From: Candidatus Bathyarchaeia archaeon
GTDB lineage: Archaea; Thermoproteota; CALKCG01; B24
NCBI GenBank assembly: GCA_038870975.1
Contig: JAVZJD010000001.1
Coordinates: 448,001-512,000 of the forward strand
Length of the DNA: 64,000 bases
Direction: 5' to 3'
Below are positions 39,240 through 50,610 of this stretch, piece by piece; the first letter of the stretch is position 1, and each line of letters starts with the position of its first letter. The translations under genes and the position numbers were made by a program. Below the pieces are notes generated by a model. It made no database searches. It saw only the letters and a program-made list of their open reading frames with translations, and was not told where the DNA came from.

Positions 39240-41225
39240 TTAAAACGGTATGAAGAATCTTATAACCATCAGTAGTCCGCCTATGAAAGAGACTAGTACA
39301 GCACCCACTATGAAGCCTATTGCAACTGGTACTCCAACTTCTTCATAGAACTTGCTTCCACCGATTCTAAGCACTATGAGTTTAACAATCCACGCTACTG
39401 TTACAGTAGTCCACAGTCCTTCAATAAGAGCATGACCATCTGTGATTATTAGGAAGCCGATAGGGTCTAATGGGAACCATAAGAATTTAGCGTGGAGATA
39501 TGTCAATGCACCTGCAAGTAGAACCCCGCCTAGGAAGTGGGGTATCCACTCCCCTCTAACTGGTCGATTTACAATACCCTGTGGATCTGCTCTATACCAT
39601 ACACCGCCCCAGAGGCTCGACGGTAGTTTCGTTGCTCCGAAGGTGTAGAGACCCCATATGTATCCCAACTGTGCTAATAATGGCGCTAGAATACCTACGA
39701 CTAGTGAAACTTTGAAGATCGTTTTAGTATCCATACCCATCATAGAGCCCATTTTATAAGATGATAAAGATGTTATAAGCGGTGTTCCCCAGCCTTCTGT
39801 GAAGGCTTGACCTGTAGGATGCATCATACACATGGCTAAAACCCATTCCTTATAGTTTGCCTCGGTTGGCATACTTCCCATGACTAGCTTCATAGGTCCA
39901 TAGTAGAACCAGCTTCCAGCCGGAGCGTTATATCCGACAAGTGAGTAGACTCTTGTAGATGCAAATGTGCATATGAAGTTGCTTACGATTAGAATTGCTA
40001 TTGGTGCTAATGTCAGGCCTACAGACCCCCAGAGAGCGGCTATGACTATTACGGCTAAGATTATCATTAGAAATGCAATTCTATAGCTGATAGGTTCACC
40101 CTTCACTTCTTCACCTCTAGCGGCATGCCTGAATATTGAAGCCACAGCACGCCAGTTTAAGATGAAGTAGAATAAGACTATTCCAGTGCTTACCCCAGCT
40201 GTTGAAAACGCGTCCCATTTGAATGGTTCGCCGACTCTATAACTTATAGTACCACACCAGACTCTACCGCAACCATCTAAACCGAGGATGCCAGAGTAAT
40301 AGCCTGAGAAGTACGCTACTTGCATGAGCACTTGGAAGATTATATTTGTTATTACCGCGCTCGTGAGAACGGATAATGGCGCTAAGAAGAATATGGCTGC
40401 GTGTACTGCGCTTTTATTAAGCATTGCCATGCCTGGTAGCTGGGCTAAAGCTGAGCCTGCAGTAAGCCAAACTGTTCCATGGTTGCAAGTATTTGTCCTC
40501 CACCCGTAAACGTCTGGAAACCACGGATATAGAGCTGTCAAGAATAGTGGAATCTGGTATGCCAGTCCTAGAACGATGCCCACTACAAGCGGAACACCCA
40601 GTTTCTTCCTTAGACCTCCCTGCTCTAGGAACCTGTTGGCTAGTGTAACGCTAACAATCGTCTGTGGGAATGGGACTTTTTCAACATCTATATAGTGGTG
40701 GCGGAGTAGAGAGGCTATTGCCAAGTAGAAGACGGCGTAAGCAGCCATCATGAGCCACCAGAACATTATGAAGGGCATGAGAGCACCCCAAGGAACAGCA
40801 GCTCCACCACCGACTATAGGTCTCACCACTTCGGCTGGAGGAGCAAATATAGAGGGCCAATTGTCTGAAATATCCGGTTCTACTACTCTACTGGCTAGAA
40901 AACCAGTATATGTGTCTTGAATAGGCCATCCGTCAGAAGTCATAAAGACTACTAGGCCCATAGTGGCTACGTATAGAAATGCAAAGGTTGTTTTATCAGC
41001 TGATTTGAAAAAACCGATTTCCCTTAAAATTCCTAGGAAGAATATTAGGACTGTAGGTAAAACTGGAACCCAAAGTTTACAGCCTACTGTCCCTGCAGTA
41101 TACCAGTTTGTAAAACCTCCAGGAATCATAGTCGTCCAAACAGGACCGAAGAAGCCGAAGACAAATATTATAACCAGTGTGGAAATCCATAGACTGGTAC
41201 TTATAGGCTTATACTCCGTAGACAA
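39240..41225 (-). CDS. Polytopic membrane protein, OPT-superfamily-like putative transporter
   Basis: Many hydrophobic segments; EKVPFP, WFPLDPIG, AWIVKLIVLRIGG..YE..VP..IGF. Confidence 0.7.
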   Translation of the reverse strand: MSTEYKPISTSLWISTLVIIFVFGFFGPVWTTMIPGGFTNWYTAGTVGCKLWVPVLPTVLIFFLGILREIGFFKSADKTTFAFLYVATMGLVVFMTSDGWPIQDTYTGFLASRVVEPDISDNWPSIFAPPAEVVRPIVGGGAAVPWGALMPFIMFWWLMMAAYAVFYLAIASLLRHHYIDVEKVPFPQTIVSVTLANRFLEQGGLRKKLGVPLVVGIVLGLAYQIPLFLTALYPWFPDVYGWRTNTCNHGTVWLTAGSALAQLPGMAMLNKSAVHAAIFFLAPLSVLTSAVITNIIFQVLMQVAYFSGYYSGILGLDGCGRVWCGTISYRVGEPFKWDAFSTAGVSTGIVLFYFILNWRAVASIFRHAARGEEVKGEPISYRIAFLMIILAVIVIAALWGSVGLTLAPIAILIVSNFICTFASTRVYSLVGYNAPAGSWFYYGPMKLVMGSMPTEANYKEWVLAMCMMHPTGQAFTEGWGTPLITSLSSYKMGSMMGMDTKTIFKVSLVVGILAPLLAQLGYIWGLYTFGATKLPSSLWGGVWYRADPQGIVNRPVRGEWIPHFLGGVLLAGALTYLHAKFLWFPLDPIGFLIITDGHALIEGLWTTVTVAWIVKLIVLRIGGSKFYEEVGVPVAIGFIVGAVLVSFIGGLLMVIRFFIPF

Positions 41226-41342
41226 CTTCCCACAAAATTCATTCTACGTGAAAACATTTAAAAATCTTTCTTGAAGAAGATACTCAAGGGCTTTTAAGGG
41301 AGGCTCTGCTATACCTTATGGATAAGCCTCCAACACTTCTGT

Positions 41343-41546
41343 ATGAAGTGTTGGAGGAACAGGGGATTAGGGCGTTCGCTCAAATTGCTGAAAAATAGGT
41401 GCGGCAAGTGCCCAGTCTTTGAAGCCATCACATCCATAGACCCGAAGCTTAAGAGGATTAAAGTTGAACTCGAGGAGCTAAAGAAGAAGCGTGAGGCTGT
41501 AGAAAATGCCCAAGGTAGTCGAAGAACGCCTCAGAAGGGCTTTTAA
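41343..41546 (+). other. Short ORF or fragment within a decayed mobile-element patch
   Basis: Coiled-coil-like DPKLKRIKVELEELKKKRE; lies upstream of the integrase scar. Confidence 0.3.
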
Positions 41547-41738
41547 CGCGTAACATTGAGAAAACTGTCATAGGCGTATACTACCCTACCTATTGAGATA
41601 ATACTGGATCTACTCTGAAGGATATACCATAGGACTCGAAAAGTCCGACGTGTTTAAGATAGGATAGTTATTCACGAATTCCTGATAAATGCACTAAAGT
41701 CTAGTGAGGCTACAGTCGAAGTCGAGAAAAAACGCCTA

Positions 41739-41819
41739 GAGGCATCCAAGCTTATAGAAGCAGGCTTCGAGTATGTAACGACCTTCAACAATACCATTCT
41801 CTTCAGGAAGAGGAAGTAA
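41739..41819 (+). pseudogene. Tyrosine integrase C-terminal tail scar
   Basis: EASKLIEAGFEYVTTFNNTILFRKRK*, homologous to the tails at 51.5 and 58.8 kb. Confidence 0.7.
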
Positions 41820-41821
41820 TC

Positions 41822-43444
41822 CTAAGGAGTAAAAGGTAATCCTAATTTTCTACTTAAGCATGCCTTTATAAACCCATAATATGGGGGTGATGGCTTTCCA
41901 GGTCTACTTTTGAATTCTGGATGGAATTGTGTACCCATGTAGAAGTACCTATCTGGAAGTTCGAAGATTTCAACCCGTGAGCCATCTATTGAGAAACCTG
42001 AGAAAACCATTCCATGTTTTTGCAGAATATCCCAATATTTTACATTTACCTCCCAACGGTGTCTATGCCTCTCCATTATAATATTCTTACATCCATAGAG
42101 TTTATAGGCAATAGTTCCAGGTACAAGCTCCACTGGTTGCGCTCCAAGCCTCATAGTCCCTCCGAGTTGTTTAACTTCTTTCTGCTCAACCATGAGGTCT
42201 ATGACTGGATGAGAAGTATTGGGGTTATTTTCAGTACTATTTGCATCTTTAAGATTACATACATACCTTGCGAAAGCCACAATAGCCATTTGAAAGCCGA
42301 AGCATATACCTAGTAATGGTATGTCCATTCTCCTCGCATAATCTGCGGCTAGAATCTTCCCCTCCGTCCCCCTGGCGCCGAAACCAGGAGGCACTATAAT
42401 ACCATCATAGTTTAAAAGCTTCTCAAGGTTTTCTTCATTCTCAAATTCTTCAGCTTCTATCCAGTCTATTTTAGCTTTAGCATTACAGTAGGCGGCTGCG
42501 TGTTTAATGGCTTCATTAATACTTACGTAGGCATCTGATAGTGCGGCATACTTACCCACCATTGCGATTTTAATCTCGCGATCTGCTGTAAGAAATGCAT
42601 CTACTATCTGCTTCCATTCAGACCAATTTGGTTTAACTGGGTTCAAGCCCAGTCTTTTAACCACGTATTCACCCATCCCCTGTTCGTCTAATATGAGGGG
42701 GGCTTGGTATACACATTGAAGCGTGTAAGAGCAGAAAACAGCTTCCCTAGGTATTGTACCGAATAACGCTATTTTAGCCTTCGTCTCCTCTCCGATATTC
42801 CTCACACACCTAGCCACTATTATATCAGGTTGAATACCTATCCGTCTAAGCTCGTTAACGCTATGTTGAAGCGGCTTAGTCTTTTCTTCCCCAGTCGTAT
42901 CTAAAACAGGTACTAGAGCTACGTGAACAAACATTGTATTCTCAAAACCCTTTTCAAGTCTTATCTGCCGTATCGCCTCTAGGTATGGTAGTCCTTCAAT
43001 ATCTCCCACTGTACCTCCAACCTCCGTTAGAAGGACATCTATCGGCTCTTTCTCAGCAACCATGTAGATTCGACGTTTAATCTCATCTGTTATATGAGGC
43101 ACTATTTGAACACATTTACCCAAATAGTCGCCTCTCCTCTCCCTCTCTATGACAGCCCAGTATACCTGGCCAGTCGTTATATTGTGGTCCTTAGTCAAAT
43201 TTATGTCTAGAAATCTCTCATAGTGGCCAATATCGAGGTCTATTTCACCTCCATCCTCTGTAACGAATATCTCTCCATGCTGGTAAGGGTTCATAGTTCC
43301 ACAGTCTACGTTCAAGTATGGATCTATTTTTATCACAGAAACCCTATATCCGCGGACTTGGAGGATTTTACCTATTGAAGCAGTAACTACACCCTTACCT
43401 ACACTCGATAAAACTCCTCCAGTTATGAATATGAATTTAACCAA
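41822..43444 (-). CDS. pyrG: CTP synthase
   Basis: TGGVLSSVGKG, KIDPYLN, GGTVGDIE, KTKPLQHSV, GICFG, ERHRHR, QFHPEFKSRP. Confidence 0.98.
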   Translation of the reverse strand: MVKFIFITGGVLSSVGKGVVTASIGKILQVRGYRVSVIKIDPYLNVDCGTMNPYQHGEIFVTEDGGEIDLDIGHYERFLDINLTKDHNITTGQVYWAVIERERRGDYLGKCVQIVPHITDEIKRRIYMVAEKEPIDVLLTEVGGTVGDIEGLPYLEAIRQIRLEKGFENTMFVHVALVPVLDTTGEEKTKPLQHSVNELRRIGIQPDIIVARCVRNIGEETKAKIALFGTIPREAVFCSYTLQCVYQAPLILDEQGMGEYVVKRLGLNPVKPNWSEWKQIVDAFLTADREIKIAMVGKYAALSDAYVSINEAIKHAAAYCNAKAKIDWIEAEEFENEENLEKLLNYDGIIVPPGFGARGTEGKILAADYARRMDIPLLGICFGFQMAIVAFARYVCNLKDANSTENNPNTSHPVIDLMVEQKEVKQLGGTMRLGAQPVELVPGTIAYKLYGCKNIIMERHRHRWEVNVKYWDILQKHGMVFSGFSIDGSRVEIFELPDRYFYMGTQFHPEFKSRPGKPSPPYYGFIKACLSRKLGLPFTP

Positions 43445-43874
43445 TAGAAACCCCCTTTAAACAGAGCACCTTAGAGATTTCTTACGAGTAAATCCCTGCG
43501 AAACCCTCTTATTTCTTTTATTGTCATTTATCGTCATATATGCGAGCCTCTTTTAGGCCCTATAATCTTCGACCTTTCAAATAGGTTAAACCCAAGTTGC
43601 TGAACCAGAGCCGACCTTCGTTGTTGCATTGGTATACTAGCGGCTCAGCAATAGCGGTGTTTACTACGAGTTGGACAAGATGCTATTACGTGTGGTGGTT
43701 GCTCATACATTAAGACCTGCATTCAACTCTTATTAATGGTAAAGTCAGCCGGATATGATTTAACTTCTTTTGGCATGAAAATGTGGTTTTAAATTGAAAA
43801 CTAAGTCCTCAAACGAAAAGCTTTTCTTTAGAAAGACTTTAGTAGAATTGTCATTTAGTAGGGCGGTTATCTAA

Positions 43875-44573
<699 letters not shown>

Positions 44574-44604
44574 CGTCTAATTCTTTCTCTACTCTAGAGA
44601 AGTG

Positions 44605-45108
44605 TTAATAGACACTTATCTTCTTCACACCTTCTATTTCAAGAATTCTTTTTAAAGCATCTCCAGACGGAGACCTCTCTAAGACTAAGATGAGCTTAGG
44701 CTCAGGCGACAGATCTGGGTCTTCAGCGACAGCCTGTCTAATGCTTATGTTTTCAGACGCCACGATGGAGGCTGCTTTAGCGAGGATGCCTGGCTTTTCA
44801 GAGTCCGCGTATATCTCTATGACTGAGAAGCCTAATTGCTTAGCAACTTCCGATAGCAACGGTCCAGACGGTTTGAGAAACATGAATATCTCCCTAAGCT
44901 CAGAATCTCTTAAAATCGACAAAACAGTCTCTTTTACAACTCTTCTATCGACACCTAGTGCTCTTGCTATCTTCTGATAGCTCTGTTTTACTGGTCCACA
45001 GTATATTTCTCCATCTCCGGAAATCCTAAAGCCAAGCTCTATTATAGTCTTAGCGACTTTGACTCTAGCAGGATACGATGTGAATTTCTCGAGAACGCGA
45101 CGCCACAT
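44605..45108 (-). CDS. HTH + ACT-domain regulator of amino acid metabolism (COG2150-like)
   Basis: KIARALGVDRRVV; ACT-like PGILA..ISIRQ..EDP. Confidence 0.85.
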   Translation of the reverse strand: MWRRVLEKFTSYPARVKVAKTIIELGFRISGDGEIYCGPVKQSYQKIARALGVDRRVVKETVLSILRDSELREIFMFLKPSGPLLSEVAKQLGFSVIEIYADSEKPGILAKAASIVASENISIRQAVAEDPDLSPEPKLILVLERSPSGDALKRILEIEGVKKISVY

Positions 45109-45149
45109 ACGTTAATATTTATATTCGTGGAGACTATTAAATAATGCTA

Positions 45150-45728
45150 TCAGTCGTATACTATAAAGCCGTATACAATTGGCGTTATGAAGACCTCTAT
45201 AAAAGCCGCTACGGCAAGCATAGGTGTAATTGTTTTGAAGAATGTTTTTAAACTCCTGACTACGGTGGCTTTAACGTGGCTTTTCCTACCGAATACGCCC
45301 ATCCAGGCTTCCCATCCGACGTTTAAACCCAAGGCTGATGCCACTAGGACTGAAGGTATTTCTATAATGCCGTGAGGTAGTAGAGATGCCAACGTACCTG
45401 CGAATCCTATTGAGGCAAAGCCGTATTTAACAACTGCGCCGAGTATTAAACCGTTAAAAGTTAAGAAGACTATTGGAGGGATTCCTATGAGAAACCCAAG
45501 TAGAACCACTAAAAGGCTTTTAATGAAGTTGTTCAGAAATACTAGAATCGCTAGTATTGGAGGAGGAAAAGCAGTTAAAAACTTTGACATCTCTGACAAA
45601 CCTTCTATAATCGATAGGGTCGAAGTATCTGAAGTAAAACCAATGAACATGGAAGCCCCGAATAGAATAGAACTTACTAGAACATTTATCCACAGTCTAC
45701 GCTTCTCGGTGGAGGCTCCTCCGCTCAA
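45150..45728 (-). CDS. SpoIIM/DUF95 family membrane protein
   Basis: FLNN, NGLILG, LLPHGIIEIP, AAFIEVFITP. Confidence 0.9.
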   Translation of the reverse strand: MSGGASTEKRRLWINVLVSSILFGASMFIGFTSDTSTLSIIEGLSEMSKFLTAFPPPILAILVFLNNFIKSLLVVLLGFLIGIPPIVFLTFNGLILGAVVKYGFASIGFAGTLASLLPHGIIEIPSVLVASALGLNVGWEAWMGVFGRKSHVKATVVRSLKTFFKTITPMLAVAAFIEVFITPIVYGFIVYD

Positions 45729-45906
45729 CTATACATCGATAGGCTTTGAACAATATTAATCTTATTGAAGAGTCGAAGATGGCCTCTACGAGACTTATAC
45801 GGATACTTCTAAAAGCAGGATTGCCTAGGAATTAAAATCTAAAAGAACGTAGGGAGACAGTAGTTGAACACTTTAACTCTCTATCTATAGATTGCCCATT
45901 TTCATC

Positions 45907-46017
45907 TCACGTCACTTTTCTCGTCCATCTATAAGCATCTCGACTTGAGTATTTTACGATTGTTTCTTTAAATGCACCCTCTAAATCAATGTTGTAATAG
46001 TTTGCAAAGCTCCAAAT
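45907..46017 (-). pseudogene. MazG-like pyrophosphohydrolase C-terminal fragment
   Basis: IWSFANYYNIDLEGAFKETIVKYSSRDAYRWTRKVT*, preceded by an in-frame stop. Confidence 0.6.
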
Positions 46018-46266
46018 CTATCCCTCCGTTAGATTCTGTCTTCTTTTTAATTTTACTTTCTCGTTAAAAATGGAAAAATCACTCGGGTTCAAGACGGATG
46101 GTTGAAGTGGCTTTGAAGATGCGTAGGCTAACCTGGGTTGGAAAAAAGTATGGTAAGATGGCATTCGTAGACTTTCCATTAGGAGAAGTATCTTTTTAAC
46201 GAAGGAGTTTATGCCCTTTCTAAAGGCATTAAAAACGAAAAATCACTCTTTTAGACCTACACCTCT

Positions 46267-46320
46267 CCCCCTAGGGGGTCTAACTGTCCATAAAATAGTC
46301 CATAAAAACTTCCATAAAAT
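46267..46320 (+). repeat. Dispersed repeat copy 1: palindrome CCCCCTAGGGGG plus three CCATAAAA units
   Basis: CCATAAAA at 46288, 46300 and 46312 (12-bp period); near-identical inverted copy at 59114-59172. Confidence 0.8.
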
Positions 46321-46474
46321 CGAAACATTATGGATTTGTATTTTTTCACAGAACCATCCAATGAAGAGATTGAGGCTTTAATGTTTAAAACTCATGCGGT
46401 TCGGAGAATTCTAACAGCCACTCCTTACTTTTTTGATAAAAACCTCTTTATTCTCTCCAGGTTTTCTCAAATAT

Positions 46475-46693
46475 ATGCCTAAGCCAGGTTACTCCATCAT
46501 AATCGTGTCGGATTCTGTTAAACAGCAGCTGGAGTCGATCGCCCGATCTAAAGGCTTCAGAACAGTTAACCAGCTGTTAGAGGCGTGGCTGAGGGTTAAC
46601 CCCAGGGTATACTCCGACGGTGGAGAACCCTCTCTCGCGTTTATCTCTCTTTATCCAATTCTCAACCATCTTCTGAATTTGACGTATAGTTAA
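46475..46693 (+). CDS. Small ribbon-helix-helix-like DNA-binding protein (possibly degraded)
   Basis: MPKPGYSIIIVSDSVKQQLESIARSKGFRTVNQLLE fits a beta-helix-helix pattern. Confidence 0.45.
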   Translation: MPKPGYSIIIVSDSVKQQLESIARSKGFRTVNQLLEAWLRVNPRVYSDGGEPSLAFISLYPILNHLLNLTYS

Positions 46694-46714
46694 CCCACTC
46701 ATCGAAAAACCTTT

Positions 46715-46807
46715 CAACCTCACCAAACTATTTAACGTTTCGACTGATGGGGAAGATTTTTGTGTAACTGAAGAGACGGCAAAACTTATAGAAGAACTTG
46801 CCATTAA
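46715..46807 (+). pseudogene. Possible weak integrase-tail scar
   Basis: TKLFNVSTDGEDFCVTEETAKLIEELA resembles the tail pattern EE..KLIE of the other scars. Confidence 0.35.
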
Positions 46808-46825
46808 GAAGAATATGAATATGAG

Positions 46826-47545
46826 GTGGTGATTTTAGGGAACGAAAGTGAAATAGACATATCCATAGTAATACCTACTTTAAACGAGGAGAAATACCTT
46901 CCGAGACTTCTCAAGTCTATTAAAACACAGAAGGTAACTTGTAAGATTGAGACCATCATCGTAGATAGCTTCAGCTCTGATAAAACGGTAGATTTAGCTA
47001 GACAATTTGACACTACTGTTTTAATCGTAAAGTCAAATATAGCTGAGGCTAGGAATATTGGAGGCCTTCAAGCGAAGGGGAAGTTTCTACTTTTTCTAGA
47101 TGCAGATACAGTGATTCCTCAAGGCTTCTTAAATAGCCTTAGGCATCTACTTGAGAGCGGTGTTAAATGTGTAATTTTCAGACCAGAGCCGTTAGAATAC
47201 GCTGGGTCTTTATTTGCTAGAATAGGCTATACGTTAGGATGGATTTTGTGTCGACTACGCCTTACAAACCCATGCTATATGGGTTTAGCTATTGAGAGAG
47301 GCATATTTTCAAAGCTGGGAGGTTTTAATACACGTCTAGTTTACAGTGAAGATTTGGATTTCCTATGGAGAGTTTCAAGGGCTGTAAAGATATACTATCC
47401 TAAACAAATCTCCATATACAGCAGTACGAGGAGGTGGTTTAAGAACGGGAAGCTTAGGTTTTCAGAGTGTCTTAGAATGGCTCTTAGAGTTTTACAGTAT
47501 ATGGTTCTACGTAAAAGCGGTATGGAGTATCCATTATATAGATGA
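46826..47545 (+). CDS. Glycosyltransferase family 2
   Basis: SIVIPTLNEE, IVDSFSSDKT, ARNIG, FLDAD, GGFN, EDLDF. Confidence 0.93.
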   Translation: MVILGNESEIDISIVIPTLNEEKYLPRLLKSIKTQKVTCKIETIIVDSFSSDKTVDLARQFDTTVLIVKSNIAEARNIGGLQAKGKFLLFLDADTVIPQGFLNSLRHLLESGVKCVIFRPEPLEYAGSLFARIGYTLGWILCRLRLTNPCYMGLAIERGIFSKLGGFNTRLVYSEDLDFLWRVSRAVKIYYPKQISIYSSTRRWFKNGKLRFSECLRMALRVLQYMVLRKSGMEYPLYR

Positions 47546-47638
47546 TGGAGTCGATATGTAAAGATTCTATTTTTAAAAATTGAAATTTATTTAAGGGAAC
47601 TGATAAATACTGGCATACTCGCTACGTATTACGTTGGT

Positions 47639-48436
47639 GTGATTAATATGAGCACAAGCCACATTCAAGACCTGATTTTTAGGATGATGACTGTAGACCT
47701 CCTTAGAATAGCGAAGGAGAGGTTTACCTACAGAGAGCTCTCTCAAATGGTTGGCCTTCAGATTACCGTTTTAAGCCGGTATGTTAAAGGTCACGTTTTA
47801 CCCAGTACTGAGAGGGCAAAATCTATATGGAAAACGTTAAACCCAATAGTTGGACTTGAGAAGGAACTTCTAGAAGCTGTAAAATTCGATGAAGAAGGGT
47901 ACTTTGACAACACTAAAATCATCGGAGACAGTTCACTGTTACATTTAGCTTCTCAAGATGCATTAGCTAAATTCGCAGGTAGAAGGGTTACAAAAGTACT
48001 AACGGCAGCTGTTGACGGTATACCCCTAGCTACGATGATCGCGCAGGCCATGGGAGTGAATCTAGTAATCGCTAAGGGGAGTAAGGAAATAGGCGTTAAA
48101 GAGTTTGTAGAGGAAACTTATGTTCCTAGTAACACAGGCATGATTGTAACACTCTACATACCGAAAGACTCCATAAAGAAGACGGATAGCGTACTCATCG
48201 TAGACGATGTAGTAAGAACAGGTGAAACTCAGAAAGCCCTCATAAGCCTCGTTCAAAAGTGTAAAGCAGAAGTCACCGGCATATACACGTTGGTCGCGAT
48301 AGGCGATGATTTTGAGAAGAAGCTGAATCTTCCACCAAGGTGTAAATTCGAAGCCGTTATAAGAATAATTCCAGAACGTATTAAACCTGTTGAAGTTAAA
48401 AGAAGCCGACCGATGGTAAGCTCAATGGCAATATAG
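47639..48436 (+). CDS. HTH + phosphoribosyltransferase-domain protein (PurR/APRT-like)
   Basis: N-terminal HTH TYRELS..LSRYVKGHVLPS; PRPP loop VLIVDDVVRTGET. Confidence 0.85.
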   Translation: MINMSTSHIQDLIFRMMTVDLLRIAKERFTYRELSQMVGLQITVLSRYVKGHVLPSTERAKSIWKTLNPIVGLEKELLEAVKFDEEGYFDNTKIIGDSSLLHLASQDALAKFAGRRVTKVLTAAVDGIPLATMIAQAMGVNLVIAKGSKEIGVKEFVEETYVPSNTGMIVTLYIPKDSIKKTDSVLIVDDVVRTGETQKALISLVQKCKAEVTGIYTLVAIGDDFEKKLNLPPRCKFEAVIRIIPERIKPVEVKRSRPMVSSMAI

Positions 48437-48450
48437 TTATCGCTTAAAGC

Positions 48451-49707
48451 CTAAGTTCCAGTTTCATAGCTTTCCAAGTATTTTCTCTGCTTTTCCGTCA
48501 AACTGTCTATTTGAACACCCATAGTTTCCAGTTTAAGCTCGGCAACCATTCTGTCAACCTCTAAAGGTACATCATATACACGTGGCTCAAGAAGACCGGC
48601 TTTTTCAACCAAATATTTGACTGAAAGAGCCTGATTTGCAAAAGACATATCCATCACTTCGCTCGGATGCCCCTCAGCAGCTACCAGGTTTATAAGCCTA
48701 CCTTCGGCCAGAAGATATAATCGACTACCATTCACGAGAGTATACTCGTCTAGATTATCTCTAATTTTTCTCTTTGAGATAGAGAGCTTCTCAAGGTCTT
48801 CAAGAGATATTTCAACGTTAAAATGTCCAGCGTTGCACATGACTGCTCCATCTTTCATAAGAATCATGTGCTCAGCTCTTATTACGTCTACGTTACCTGT
48901 AGCTGTTATAAACAGGTCGCCTATTTTTGCGGCTTCAACCATAGGCATTACTTTAAACCCATCCATAACCGCTCTTAAAGCCTTTATGGGGTCTACTTCT
49001 GTAACCACGACCTGCGAACCCATACCTCTAGCTCTATTGGCTATTCCCCTACCGCAATGTCCATATCCAGCCACCACGACTGTTTTACCAGCTAAGAGCA
49101 TGTTTGTAGCTCTAAAGATGCCATCTAGAGTGCTCTGGCCAGTTCCATAGACGTTATCGAAATCCCACTTAGTCTGAGCATTATTAACAGCTATAATCGG
49201 TATTTTAAGAGATTTAAGCCTCTCCATGGTTTTAAGCCTTAGAACACCCGTAGTTGTCTCTTCACATCCTCCAAGTATACTCGTGAGAAGGCCACCCATC
49301 TCTTGATGAAGCGTCACGATTAGATCCGCACCGTCATCTAAAACCACATCGGGTTTATGGGATAAAACAGTTTTAATGCATTCGTAGTATTCTTCCTTAG
49401 ACTGACCCCTCCACGCGTAGACATTAACACCTTCTACGGCTAGAGCAGCTGCAACATCATCTTGACAGGATAGCGGATTAGAGGAAGCCAGTGATACTTT
49501 AGCGCCTCCTGCCGTCAAAGTCCGAACTAAGACTGCAGTTTCTTTAGTAACGTGTAAACATCCCGATATCCTTAATCCTTCCAGGGGTTTACTCTTAATG
49601 AATTCTTCTCTTATCTTAGCTAGGACAGGCATTCTCCTAGAGGCCCAGTCGATCTGTAGCATGCCTTTATCGGCAAGTTTAACATCTCTAACTTTAAATT
49701 TCTCCAT
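48451..49707 (-). CDS. ahcY: Adenosylhomocysteinase
   Basis: [55 protein letters not shown]. Confidence 0.98.
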   Translation of the reverse strand: MEKFKVRDVKLADKGMLQIDWASRRMPVLAKIREEFIKSKPLEGLRISGCLHVTKETAVLVRTLTAGGAKVSLASSNPLSCQDDVAAALAVEGVNVYAWRGQSKEEYYECIKTVLSHKPDVVLDDGADLIVTLHQEMGGLLTSILGGCEETTTGVLRLKTMERLKSLKIPIIAVNNAQTKWDFDNVYGTGQSTLDGIFRATNMLLAGKTVVVAGYGHCGRGIANRARGMGSQVVVTEVDPIKALRAVMDGFKVMPMVEAAKIGDLFITATGNVDVIRAEHMILMKDGAVMCNAGHFNVEISLEDLEKLSISKRKIRDNLDEYTLVNGSRLYLLAEGRLINLVAAEGHPSEVMDMSFANQALSVKYLVEKAGLLEPRVYDVPLEVDRMVAELKLETMGVQIDSLTEKQRKYLESYETGT

Positions 49708-49746
49708 CCTAAAAGCACCTCAGCAAGAATATCAACACTCTTATAA

Positions 49747-50481
49747 TTAACGGTTGCTGAGCGGATTAAAATTTAAAGTTTGAGAAGGCTTTAATTCTGG
49801 AATCCATCCCTTAAAACCTATGACGTCTCCGTAAAACACTATACATCCTCTAACCCCCTTTATCTCCAAGGCTTTTTCAAGTGCTTTTTCAACAACACTT
49901 TTGGAGTTGTTACTCCTCACTAGATTGCATATAGCCGTAGCTACTGCGTCTGCAAGTCCAGAGTTCTCAGCGAAGACCGTAACTAGGTCGGCTTCACCAA
50001 AGCTTACACCAGCTCCAAGTTTTGAACTACTTGAAGCTACTCCTAAAGGGGTGTCTTCAGGGTGTATTGTGAAAGAGAACCCCCTTAAAACTCCAACACC
50101 AGCATACGCACCTATATTTATGGGAACTGTTATGGTTGAAGCCGCTATTTCACCACCATTCTCAACGACTAAAACAGTAGGCATTGCCGTTAACCCGTAC
50201 TCTAAAGACATGTCGGCTAAAACTCCTGCTACAGATGCCATAGGGCCTACGTTTGCCAGAAAACCGGCGGAAGCCATCCTTTTAACGACTTCAGGAGCCC
50301 ATTTCTCTACTTCAACTGGGTCTAGACTCCATTTAAACTTAGGATTCATCCTCAGGTACTGTTCAAGATTTATACGACATTCTAAAACCTTCAGCCAACA
50401 TAGTTCAGCAGCGTTTAAGCTATCGGTTAAAATGTTAAGCTTTGTTTCTCTGAAGCTTCTTCTGACTTTTATAAGCTTCAT
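49747..50481 (-). CDS. UPF0280 ApbE-like protein
   Basis: VGPMASVAG, VENGGEI, SFGEAD, ADAVATAICN. Confidence 0.88.
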   Translation of the reverse strand: MKLIKVRRSFRETKLNILTDSLNAAELCWLKVLECRINLEQYLRMNPKFKWSLDPVEVEKWAPEVVKRMASAGFLANVGPMASVAGVLADMSLEYGLTAMPTVLVVENGGEIAASTITVPINIGAYAGVGVLRGFSFTIHPEDTPLGVASSSSKLGAGVSFGEADLVTVFAENSGLADAVATAICNLVRSNNSKSVVEKALEKALEIKGVRGCIVFYGDVIGFKGWIPELKPSQTLNFNPLSNR

Positions 50482-50610
50482 TATAAGGCATTAATTCAAT
50501 AGGTGGATGCTGGATAAAAACTTTAGAAGCTACGTATAGTATTCGATCGACATTTTCACCGTTATTTTTATAAGGATTTAACGACAAAGTGAATATCGGA
50601 GGGCTTTTTC

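Noticed and set aside
43597-43652. Alternative stems (TTGCTGA/TCAGCAA, GAGCCG/CGGCTC) upstream of pyrG as a riboswitch
   Set aside because: Short stems about 150 nt from the start codon, no recognisable aptamer, and no evidence they are transcribed with pyrG.
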